A stretch of 64,000 nt of DNA. Source: an uncultured virus (IMG/VR IMGVR_UViG_3300017782_000010). Taxonomy: Duplodnaviria > Heunggongvirae > Uroviricota > Caudoviricetes. The position numbers and the translations under genes are program-made. The stretch lies in IMG/VR virus record IMGVR_UViG_3300017782_000010. One strand, given 5' to 3'. Under the pieces are notes generated by a model. That model saw only the letters and a list, made by a program, of their open reading frames with translations, ran no database searches and had not been told where the DNA came from. Shown here one piece after another: positions 1-8,284 of this stretch. The first letter of the stretch is position 1; every line of letters begins with the position of its first letter.

Positions 1-959
1 ATGGTATTGATACGGTTATTCACTTGGGCGATGTTATGGATAGACGTAAGTTTATTTCATATAAGATTGCAAAAGACTTTCGTGAGCAGTTTATAAAACC
101 AATCGTTGATAGAAATATCAATATGCATATGATTGTGGGAAACCACGATACTTACTACAGGAACACAAACGAGATTAATACACTGTTTGAATTACTTGGT
201 GGGCCTGGAGATGAGAAATACCCCAATATTAAATGTTATGACCACCCATGTACTGAAGAGTTTGATGGTGTTGGTATTCATTTGTTACCTTGGATTAACG
301 AGGGTAACTATGAATCTGTCATGAGGGGTATTCAAATGACCTACGCAGACATCTGTATGGGTCACCTAGAAGTAAATGGATTTGAAATGCACGCTGGACA
401 TTTTTGTGAGGGTGGTTATCCTAGAGAGATGTTTAGAAAGTTTGATACTGTTTTCTCTGGTCACTTTCATAAGAAGTCAGACGATGGACACATCTATTAT
501 CTTGGTAACACATACCAGATGACATGGAGTGACCATAACGAAACAAAGGGTTTCCATATCTTTGATACGGCAACCAGAGAACTTGAGTATATTCAGAATC
601 CATTTAAAATCTTTGCAAAGATTTATTATGATGATAGTCAAACTGATTACACTACACATGATGTGGAACAGTATGAAGACAAGTTTGTAAAGTTGGTTGT
701 AGTCAACAAGAAAGACTTGTATGGGTTTGATAAGTTTCTAGATAGACTCCTTGCAGTCAAAACGCATGAGGTTAAGATTGTAGAGGACTTCTCAGAGTTA
801 GATGCAGAGAATGTATCTGATGAGATTATTGAGAACGCACAGGACACCACGACACTTTTAGATAGATATATTGACGAACTGGATGTTGATATAGATAAGG
901 GTAGATTGAAAAGCACGATGCGTACTCTGTACCTAGAGGCAAGTGATTTGGAGATATAA
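1..959 (+). CDS. gp47: Recombination endonuclease subunit (SbcD/Mre11-like), 5' partial
   Basis: Metallophosphoesterase motifs HLGD, GNHD, GHFH; directly upstream of gp46; frame open from window start. Confidence 0.93.
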   Translation, partial: GIDTVIHLGDVMDRRKFISYKIAKDFREQFIKPIVDRNINMHMIVGNHDTYYRNTNEINTLFELLGGPGDEKYPNIKCYDHPCTEEFDGVGIHLLPWINEGNYESVMRGIQMTYADICMGHLEVNGFEMHAGHFCEGGYPREMFRKFDTVFSGHFHKKSDDGHIYYLGNTYQMTWSDHNETKGFHIFDTATRELEYIQNPFKIFAKIYYDDSQTDYTTHDVEQYEDKFVKLVVVNKKDLYGFDKFLDRLLAVKTHEVKIVEDFSELDAENVSDEIIENAQDTTTLLDRYIDELDVDIDKGRLKSTMRTLYLEASDLEI

Positions 960-2666
960 TTGATTACATTTAAGTATGCGAGGTGGAAAAACTTTCTATC
1001 CACAGGGAATACGTTCACTGAAATTCAGTTGGATAGAAACCCATCAACTTTGATTATTGGAGAGAATGGTGCTGGTAAGTCTACCATTCTTGATGCATTA
1101 TGTTTTGGATTGTTTGGTAAACCATTCAGACAAATTAGTAAGAACCAACTTATCAATACTGTCAACGGCCAAGGTACGGTTGTTGAAATTGAATTTGAAA
1201 CTCAGAATAAAAATGTCAAGGTAGTTCGTGGCATCAAACCAAACACGTTTGAGATTTGGGTAGATGGTAATATGATAAACCAAAGTGCAAATGCAAAGGA
1301 TTATCAGAAACATCTAGAACAACAAATCTTGAAGTTGAACTATCGCTCATTTACACAGGTCGTGATTCTAGGGTCATCGACATTCATTCCTTTTATGCAG
1401 TTGAAGTCACAAGCAAGAAGGGAAGTTGTAGAGGACATTCTTGACATTAAGATATTCTCGCTGATGAATTTAATATTGAAAGGTAAGGTGAAATCTCTTA
1501 ACACAGATATCAGTGAGAACCAATACCAAACAGACCTACACAAAGAAAAGGTAGAGTTACAGGAGAAGTACATTGAGGATGTTGAACGGAATAAGGACAC
1601 TCTTCTATCTCAAAAGACAACTCTTAGAGATGGTAATGAAGAGGAAGTGTTCACTCGTAAAGCAGAGGCGAACCGAATCACGGAAGAGAACCAGACCCTT
1701 CTAAATGCAATGTCTGGTGAAGAGGGTGCAATTGAAAAACGTGATAAACTAAAAGACATTCAATTTACACTAAAAGACAAACACAATCGACATGAACAGA
1801 TGATTTCTTTTATGGAAACTACAGAGGTGTGTCCGACTTGTGAACAGTCTATTAGTGAGGAGTTCAAGGCCAAGACTATTTCACAAAGAAGTGAACAGGT
1901 CAAGGAGTTGACTGATGGTCTTGTACAGATGAAGTCGGAGATGGACAAGGCAAACAATAAACTCAAAGAGTATAAAGATATTGCAAAGGTAATTAATGAT
2001 AATACTCTTACACTTGCAAAACTCAACAGTGGTATCATTGAACTAGAGAAGTTTAATGCAACACTGACTGAAGAGATTCGTCAAATCGAAAGTGGAGATG
2101 TTACGAAAACAGATTACGAAAAACTTGACAATCTCAAGAAAATGTGCGATACTTTAGATTCAACTAAATCAAAGTTGAGAGAAGATATGGTCTATTATGA
2201 TGTGGCCAAGAATTTGTTACAGGACACTGGTATCAAGACCAAGATTATTAAACAGTATCTACCTGTCATGAATAAGTTGATTAACACATATTTGTCTTCT
2301 ATGGATTTCTTTGTCAACTTCAATATTGATGAGAACTTCAACGAAACAATCAAGTCACGTTTTCGTGATGTATTTTCGTATGCAAACTTTTCTGAAGGTG
2401 AGAAGATGCGTATTGACCTTGCACTACTCTTTACATGGAGGGCCATTGCAAAGATGAAAAATTCTACGAATACGAATCTACTCATACTTGATGAGATATT
2501 TGATAGTTCGTTGGATGCAACAGGTACGGATGACTTCTTGAAGATTCTGAATACCTTTGACAAAGAGAACGTGTTTATTATTTCACACAAACAGGATATG
2601 TTGATTGACAAGTTTAGAAGTGTGATTAAGTTTGAGAAGGTGAAAAACTTTAGTAAGGTTGCATAA
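960..2666 (+). CDS. gp46: Recombination endonuclease ATPase subunit (SbcC/Rad50-like)
   Basis: Walker A GENGAGKS, CPTC zinc hook, FSEGE signature, LILDE Walker B. Confidence 0.95.
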   Translation: MITFKYARWKNFLSTGNTFTEIQLDRNPSTLIIGENGAGKSTILDALCFGLFGKPFRQISKNQLINTVNGQGTVVEIEFETQNKNVKVVRGIKPNTFEIWVDGNMINQSANAKDYQKHLEQQILKLNYRSFTQVVILGSSTFIPFMQLKSQARREVVEDILDIKIFSLMNLILKGKVKSLNTDISENQYQTDLHKEKVELQEKYIEDVERNKDTLLSQKTTLRDGNEEEVFTRKAEANRITEENQTLLNAMSGEEGAIEKRDKLKDIQFTLKDKHNRHEQMISFMETTEVCPTCEQSISEEFKAKTISQRSEQVKELTDGLVQMKSEMDKANNKLKEYKDIAKVINDNTLTLAKLNSGIIELEKFNATLTEEIRQIESGDVTKTDYEKLDNLKKMCDTLDSTKSKLREDMVYYDVAKNLLQDTGIKTKIIKQYLPVMNKLINTYLSSMDFFVNFNIDENFNETIKSRFRDVFSYANFSEGEKMRIDLALLFTWRAIAKMKNSTNTNLLILDEIFDSSLDATGTDDFLKILNTFDKENVFIISHKQDMLIDKFRSVIKFEKVKNFSKVA

Positions 2667-3199
2667 TGGGAAAACGCAGTGAATTTGAAAGAATACCCAG
2701 AGACTTTTATCCTACACCATATTCGGCCGTAGAACCTCTTATTGCACATCTACCAGAATGGTACACATTCATGGAGCCTTGTGCTGGTGACGGTAGATTG
2801 ATTGACCATCTTGAGAGTAATGGTGGTAAATGCACACACGCATATGATATCGAACCACAGGACAGTAGAGTTATTCAGTATGATGCTTTGTTATTACAAC
2901 AAGTAGAAACACCATATATAATAACGAATCCACCTTGGAATCGTAAGATATTACACCCCATGATAGAGAGGTTTTCTGCAATGGCCCCCACTTGGTTATT
3001 GTTTGATTCGGATTGGATGCATACAAAACAGTCAATTCCCTACTTGACAAAACTGAAAAAAGTTGTTAGTATAGGTAGAGTCAAGTGGATTGAAGGGAGT
3101 TCTAGTGTTGGTAAAGACAATTGTTGTTGGTATTTGTTTGAAAATACCCCACAAGTCAAACCAATCGAATTCTGGGGTAGGCAGAATGTCGCACCTTAA
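2666..3199 (+). CDS. DNA amino (N6-adenine/N4-cytosine) methyltransferase
   Basis: DFYPTP, EPCAGDG SAM-binding motif, ITNPPW catalytic motif. Confidence 0.8.
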   Translation: MGKRSEFERIPRDFYPTPYSAVEPLIAHLPEWYTFMEPCAGDGRLIDHLESNGGKCTHAYDIEPQDSRVIQYDALLLQQVETPYIITNPPWNRKILHPMIERFSAMAPTWLLFDSDWMHTKQSIPYLTKLKKVVSIGRVKWIEGSSSVGKDNCCWYLFENTPQVKPIEFWGRQNVAP

Positions 3200-3217
3200 A
3201 AAAGTTATAAAAACATC

Positions 3218-3246
3218 TTGACATTTGTTATTAAAACGTGTATTAT
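3218..3246 (+). promoter_or_regulatory. Sigma70-type early promoter with shared TGTT..AAC spacer motif
   Basis: TTGACA-17bp-TATTAT; spacer tttgttattaaaacgtg. Confidence 0.8.
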
Positions 3247-3282
3247 GTAATAGTAAAGTGAGAAAACAAAGGAGATTATATC

Positions 3283-4242
3283 ATGGCACACGAACTTGAA
3301 ATTGTAAACGGACAGGCACAAATGGCATACGTTGGTGACCTTCCATGGCATGGACTTGGTACAAAGGTTGAGGCAGACCTCACACCAGACCAATTCCAAA
3401 AAGTCGCTGGACTTGATTGGGAAGTGGAGAAACAACCACTGATGACACCAAACGGTGTTAAAGTTCCAAACAAGGAAGCACTTGTAAGAACCTCTGACAA
3501 CTCTATTCTTGATGTTGTTGGTACAGGTTGGAATCCTGTACAGAACTCAGAGGCATTTGAATTCTTCCATGAGTATGTGATGGCAGGTGACATGGAAATG
3601 CACACTGCTGGTTCACTGAAAGATGGACAAATGGTTTGGGCACTTGCAAAGTGTAAAGAATCATTTGAATTGTTTAACGGTGACGTTACAGAGAACTACT
3701 TCTTGTTCTCAAACCCACACCAGTTTGGTAAGGCGATTAACATTCGTATGACACCAATTCGTGTGGTTTGCAACAACACTCTTACACTTTCTCTTTCACA
3801 GAATGCAGATAAGATGGTAACGGTAAATCACCGTAAGGCCTTTGACCCTGCTGAGGTGAAGGCACACATGAATATTGCAAATGAGAAAATGCAAGAGTAC
3901 AAATCAATGGCTGCGTTCCTTGGTTCAAAGAAGGCAACTGGTGATAATGTCATCCAGTACTTCAATGAAGTATTCGGCGCTCCTGCCAAAGAGAAAGTAG
4001 ATGGTGAACTTCCATTTACAACTCGTAATGCGAAACTCGCCTACGAAAACCTTGATGTCCAACCTGGCGCTAACTTTGCCCAAGGTACTTGGTGGACTGC
4101 CTTCAACTCTGTCACTAACATGACAGACCACTTGCAAGGTCGTTCAAATGATGGACGTTTGGTTTCATCTTGGTACGGACGTAACCGTAAGGTCAAGTTG
4201 AACGCACTTGACAAGGCTTTGGAATACGCCGAAGCCGCCTAA
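3283..4242 (+). CDS. DUF932/LGT_TIGR03299-like phage protein
   Basis: PWHGLG N-terminus, TPIRVVCNNTL motif; strong RBS AAGGAG. Confidence 0.8.
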   Translation: MAHELEIVNGQAQMAYVGDLPWHGLGTKVEADLTPDQFQKVAGLDWEVEKQPLMTPNGVKVPNKEALVRTSDNSILDVVGTGWNPVQNSEAFEFFHEYVMAGDMEMHTAGSLKDGQMVWALAKCKESFELFNGDVTENYFLFSNPHQFGKAINIRMTPIRVVCNNTLTLSLSQNADKMVTVNHRKAFDPAEVKAHMNIANEKMQEYKSMAAFLGSKKATGDNVIQYFNEVFGAPAKEKVDGELPFTTRNAKLAYENLDVQPGANFAQGTWWTAFNSVTNMTDHLQGRSNDGRLVSSWYGRNRKVKLNALDKALEYAEAA

Positions 4243-4260
4243 AAAGAATTTGTGTGGGGG

Positions 4261-4292
4261 TTGATTTTTCGGAATTAATCCCCATATAAATA
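4261..4292 (+). promoter_or_regulatory. Sigma32-like promoter overlapping a T4 late promoter
   Basis: TTG-N17-CCCATAT at 4261-4287; TATAAATA at 4285-4292. Confidence 0.6.
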
Positions 4293-4296
4293 TGGA

Positions 4297-4358
4297 TGCA
4301 GATGCGAATTATCGGTCTGCAATTATTAATCTTGCTTAAACAAAGGAGATAAATTATG
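4297..4358 (+). promoter_or_regulatory. ROSE-like RNA thermometer in the hsp20 leader
   Basis: ATCTTGCTT (4329-4337) pairs with SD AAGGAGAT (4343-4350), leaving a bulged G; upstream hairpin TGCAGA/TCTGCA. Confidence 0.7.
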
Positions 4359-4799
4359 ACTAACTTAAGCACATTCAGAAATGCCCTTCAGGCATTTGAC
4401 GTAAATCACATGACACCCTATGCCGTGGGCTTCGATAGAACATTCGACAGACTGTTCGATTATGTAACTCATCAGGCAGAATCAACAGGGTATCCACCTT
4501 ACAATATTGAAAAGACAGATGAGTACAATTACACAATTGAAATGGCACTCGCTGGATTCGGTAAGAAGGATATCGAAATTGAATTCGCAGAGGGTCTTCT
4601 CACTGTAAAATCAGTAAAAGAGAAAGAGGAAAAGGAAACTCTTTATAAAGGTATCTCACAGAGAAACTTCACTAGAAAGTTCACTCTGGCCGATGATATT
4701 GTTGTAGGGGGTGCAAAACTCGACAATGGTATGTTGACTATCGAACTAGAAAGAATCGTACCAGAGGAGAAAAAACCTCAGTTGATTGCCGTCAAATAA
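4356..4799 (+). CDS. hsp20: Small heat shock protein (IbpA/Hsp20)
   Basis: GFD, YPPYNI, ALAGF, YKGISQRNFTRKF, NGMLTIEL motifs. Confidence 0.95.
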   Translation: MTNLSTFRNALQAFDVNHMTPYAVGFDRTFDRLFDYVTHQAESTGYPPYNIEKTDEYNYTIEMALAGFGKKDIEIEFAEGLLTVKSVKEKEEKETLYKGISQRNFTRKFTLADDIVVGGAKLDNGMLTIELERIVPEEKKPQLIAVK

Positions 4800-4804
4800 A
4801 TCCC

Positions 4805-4833
4805 TTGACAAATGGGGTTTTCTTTGATATGAT
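4805..4833 (+). promoter_or_regulatory. Sigma70-type promoter
   Basis: TTGACA-17bp-TATGAT. Confidence 0.7.
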
Positions 4834-4867
4834 GTGAATACTCAACTAATAAATTATGGGAGTAATT

Positions 4868-5125
4868 ATGAGCAGAAGAAAACTAAGCAAAAAGCAGAAG
4901 GTATTCAACCTTTTGTCAAAAGGTGAAAATGTAACGTGGAAAGTCTTGAGAAAAAGATTTGACCTTACTTCACCAACTAAAATGATTGACACTTTGAAAT
5001 CAGAGGGTCACTGTATCTATACTAACGACACTGCAAAGGGCGTTGCGTATAGAATGGGAACTCCTTCAAAGGAAATCATTGCGGCTGGTATTGCGTCTGT
5101 ACTTGGTACAAAGTACGCATACTAA
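4868..5125 (+). CDS. Small basic protein, probable winged-helix DNA binder
   Basis: Helical pattern followed by IDTLKSEGHCIYT..VAYRMG wing; RBS GGGAG. Confidence 0.55.
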   Translation: MSRRKLSKKQKVFNLLSKGENVTWKVLRKRFDLTSPTKMIDTLKSEGHCIYTNDTAKGVAYRMGTPSKEIIAAGIASVLGTKYAY

Positions 5126-5136
5126 ATGTCAGACTC

Positions 5137-5159
5137 GATGGGGGGTTCTTCCCCCCATC
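5137..5159 (+). terminator. GC-rich hairpin (terminator or processing site)
   Basis: GATGGGGGG-TTCTT-CCCCCCATC; no U tract on the + strand. Confidence 0.45.
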
Positions 5160-5179
5160 AAACTTATAGGATGTAACAG

Positions 5180-5458
5180 GTGAAAAATATTGACTACAAA
5201 TATTCAGAAGACAAGATTCTGAATGAACTGCAAGAGTACATTGACGGTACTTACAATGCACATTATTCACACAACAAATTCCAAGCGACAGAATTTATCA
5301 TGGACAGTGGACATGGTGAAGGTTTCTGTATTGGGAATATTTTGAAGTATTCTCAAAGATACGGAAAGAAAGATGGCAAGAACAGAAATGACTTGCTAAA
5401 AGTAATTCATTATGGTATAATGGCATTACACAATCACGACAGTAGAGAAGGAAACTAA
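5180..5458 (+). CDS. DUF3310-like protein
   Basis: HYS, GFCIGNILKYSQRYGKK motif. Confidence 0.75.
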   Translation: MKNIDYKYSEDKILNELQEYIDGTYNAHYSHNKFQATEFIMDSGHGEGFCIGNILKYSQRYGKKDGKNRNDLLKVIHYGIMALHNHDSREGN

Positions 5459-5461
5459 TGA

Positions 5462-5626
5462 ATGTCGAAGGGTCTTGTAAGCGAAACTGACCGCTTGATT
5501 ATTCTCATGGAAGAAATCGCTTATGCAGAAACACAACTGCAACCAGAGGATACAGGTCACATCCACACTGCAATCAGTTGGATGAAATCAAGAGTTGAAG
5601 CAATTAAAAGTAAATTGGAGAAATAA
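5462..5626 (+). CDS. Hypothetical 54 aa protein (not in ORF track)
   Basis: MSKGLVSETDRL...EDTGHIHTAISWMKSRVEAIKSKLEK fills the gap before gp45. Confidence 0.65.
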   Translation: MSKGLVSETDRLIILMEEIAYAETQLQPEDTGHIHTAISWMKSRVEAIKSKLEK

Positions 5627-5630
5627 TATT

Positions 5631-6287
5631 ATGAAACTTAGTAATGATACAAGGGAAGTGTTGAAGAACTATTCAACCATCAACGCCAACCTTCTTGTGA
5701 GCCCAGGCAACAAGATTGCAACAATGTCTCAAATGAAGAACATTGTATCCACCGCAACTGTGCCTGATACATTTGATACTGACTTTGCAATCTATGACTT
5801 GAATGAGTTCTTGTCTGCACTGTCACTATTCAATGACCCAGAACTTACATTTGGTGAACAGAGTGTGCGTATTGCACAAGGTAGTCAAGACTTGACCTAC
5901 TTCTATTCTGACCCATCTGTGGTTACTACACCAAAGACAGAAATCAGTATGCCGTCTGTAGATGCAGAGTTTACTCTGACTAAAGATACTTTCAATCAAG
6001 TATTGAAGGCCGCCGCTGTTCTTGGAGCGCCAGATATGGTTCTTGACATTGGTACTGACAGTATCATGGACTTGCGTGTGAGTGACCGTAAGAATGATAC
6101 CTCAAACAATTTCAGTGTTGAGGTTGGTGCAGAAAGTCCAGCGAAAGGTAAGAAGTTCTACTTCAAGGTAGAGAATCTAAAACTCTTGTCTGGTGATTAT
6201 GACGTACAGGTATCTGAAAAAGGTATCTCACGTTTCAAGAACGTCAGTAAGGATGTCGAATACTACATTGCACTAGAGACTGCTTAA
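5631..6287 (+). CDS. gp45: Sliding clamp
   Basis: MKLSNDT..LKNYSTIN, FAIYDLNEFL; position before the clamp loader. Confidence 0.95.
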   Translation: MKLSNDTREVLKNYSTINANLLVSPGNKIATMSQMKNIVSTATVPDTFDTDFAIYDLNEFLSALSLFNDPELTFGEQSVRIAQGSQDLTYFYSDPSVVTTPKTEISMPSVDAEFTLTKDTFNQVLKAAAVLGAPDMVLDIGTDSIMDLRVSDRKNDTSNNFSVEVGAESPAKGKKFYFKVENLKLLSGDYDVQVSEKGISRFKNVSKDVEYYIALETA

Positions 6288-6288
6288 A

Positions 6289-7224
6289 ATGAATGATATA
6301 TTATGGGTAGAGAAGTACCGTCCTCAAACAATTGAGGACTGCATACTTCCAAGTGAACTAAAGCAGACTTTTCAACAGTTCGTAGACAACGAAGAGATTC
6401 CAAATCTACTACTCACTGGTACGGCCGGTGTTGGTAAGACTACAATTGCAAAAGCAATGCTGGAACAGATTGGTTGTACCTACATGATGATAAACGGTTC
6501 TGAAGAATCTGGTATCGACACACTACGAACTAAAATTAAAAACTTTGCGAGTACTGTCTCTATGGATGGTAAACGCAAGTACGTTATTCTGGATGAGGCA
6601 GATTATCTAAACCCACAATCCACACAACCAGCGTTGCGTGGGTTTATTGAGGAGTTTAGTAGAAACTGTGGTTTCATTCTGACTTGTAATTTCAGAAATC
6701 GTATCATTGAACCTTTGCATAGTCGTTGTTCTACGATAGAGTTTCGTATTCCAAACGAAGAGAAACCAAAACTTGCAATGGGTTTTATGAAACGTGTACA
6801 ACACATTTTGGAGACTGAGAATGTTAACTCAAATGAAAAAGTTGTGGCAGACCTTATCAACAAGTTTTTTCCAGATTGGAGAAGATGTCTCAACGAACTA
6901 CAACGATACTCTGCGACAGGTTCTATTGATGCTGGAATCCTCGTCAATCTATCAGACGCTTCTATCAAAGAGCTCGTGTCATTTATTAAGGATAAAGACT
7001 TCAAGGGTTGTAGAGAGTGGGTTGTTCATAATCTGGACAATGACCCTCATAGGGTTTATCGTAGGATTTATGATAGTTTATCTGGTAATGTACCAGATGG
7101 CGCTGTTCCTCACTGTGTTCTCATACTTGGGGATTATTCTTATAAGTCTGCCTTTGTCGCTGACCAAGAAATTAATCTCTTGGCTTGTCTCACTGAGATG
7201 ATGACATCGGTGCAGTTCAGATGA
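6289..7224 (+). CDS. gp44: Clamp loader large subunit
   Basis: WVEKYRP, GTAGVGKTT, DEAD, SRC motifs. Confidence 0.96.
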   Translation: MNDILWVEKYRPQTIEDCILPSELKQTFQQFVDNEEIPNLLLTGTAGVGKTTIAKAMLEQIGCTYMMINGSEESGIDTLRTKIKNFASTVSMDGKRKYVILDEADYLNPQSTQPALRGFIEEFSRNCGFILTCNFRNRIIEPLHSRCSTIEFRIPNEEKPKLAMGFMKRVQHILETENVNSNEKVVADLINKFFPDWRRCLNELQRYSATGSIDAGILVNLSDASIKELVSFIKDKDFKGCREWVVHNLDNDPHRVYRRIYDSLSGNVPDGAVPHCVLILGDYSYKSAFVADQEINLLACLTEMMTSVQFR

Positions 7225-7613
7225 GTTATGAACTGAAAGAATACTTAAAGGCGATAAACAAGACTAAACAAAACCTCATGGACGGTGAGGATGAAATGTG
7301 GGAAAAGAAGTATCCTGCCTTTATTATCAACAAGTGTCTTGCCCCTACAGGTATGCAAGAGTGTCTAATCGTAAATGAGATGAATCGTTTACACCACCTA
7401 GACAACAAACTTCAAAATGACTTTTTACTAAATAGTTTGAGGAGTATGAATAGATATGCTCCTTGGATGAAGGCGAAGAAGTCTAAGAACTTAGAGTATG
7501 TAAAAGAATATTTCGGATACAGTAACGAGAAGGCCAAGGCCGCTCTAGATGTTTTAGATGATGAACAAATCGCCATGATAAAAAGTAAATTGAATAAAGG
7601 TGGAAGAAAATGA
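7221..7613 (+). CDS. gp62: Clamp loader small subunit
   Basis: Synteny 45-44-62-regA; YFGYSNEKA and C-terminal KGG. Confidence 0.9.
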   Translation: MSYELKEYLKAINKTKQNLMDGEDEMWEKKYPAFIINKCLAPTGMQECLIVNEMNRLHHLDNKLQNDFLLNSLRSMNRYAPWMKAKKSKNLEYVKEYFGYSNEKAKAALDVLDDEQIAMIKSKLNKGGRK

Positions 7614-8020
7614 ATGAAACATCGTGGAGTCCAGAGGAGATGTTGGAAGTTCGTCTGAATGAACCAGACGATTTTCTGAAGGTTAGAGAAACCTTATCTC
7701 GTATTGGAGTTGCTTCTCGCAAAGATAAAACACTCTTCCAATCTTGCCATATTTTACACAAGCAAGGTAAATATTACATCGTACATTTTAAAGAATTGTT
7801 TGCATTAGACGGTAAAGATACCAACCTGTCTGAGAACGATATTGCAAGAAGGAATACTATCGCTAATCTATTAGCAGATTGGGGATTAGTAGATGTTGTG
7901 GGAACAACTAAGATTGAGGCAGCACCCTTGTCTCAAATTAAAGTAATTAGTTTCAAGGAAAAGGGTGAATGGAAACTTGAGACAAAATATAATATTGGAA
8001 AAAAGAAAGAAGGTGAATAA
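7610..8020 (+). CDS. regA: Translational repressor RegA
   Basis: DDFLKVRETLSRIG, QSCHILHKQGKYYIVHFKELF. Confidence 0.96.
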   Translation: MNETSWSPEEMLEVRLNEPDDFLKVRETLSRIGVASRKDKTLFQSCHILHKQGKYYIVHFKELFALDGKDTNLSENDIARRNTIANLLADWGLVDVVGTTKIEAAPLSQIKVISFKEKGEWKLETKYNIGKKKEGE

Positions 8021-8022
8021 TT

Positions 8023-8253
8023 ATGAAACCAGGCGATTATATTATGGAGGCTGCAAGAAAGCAGGCCGAAGGAGAAGTGGCGGTACACATCGCAAACATT
8101 AAAGTATACCAAACTATGCCCGCTGGTATCGGCGAGCATTCAGATGTTACAGAAGCAGTTATTGAAGAGTTGAATAAACTTGCGGCTGCCGATGACAGAC
8201 TAGAAATGATTAACAAGTACTTCAGCGAAGAACAAAAGAATCTTTTCTCTTGA
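8023..8253 (+). CDS. Conserved T4-like hypothetical protein
   Basis: ANIKVY..PAGIGEHSD motif; RBS present. Confidence 0.7.
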   Translation: MKPGDYIMEAARKQAEGEVAVHIANIKVYQTMPAGIGEHSDVTEAVIEELNKLAAADDRLEMINKYFSEEQKNLFS

Positions 8254-8284
8254 CAATCACAAACTAAGGTGATATAACTATATT

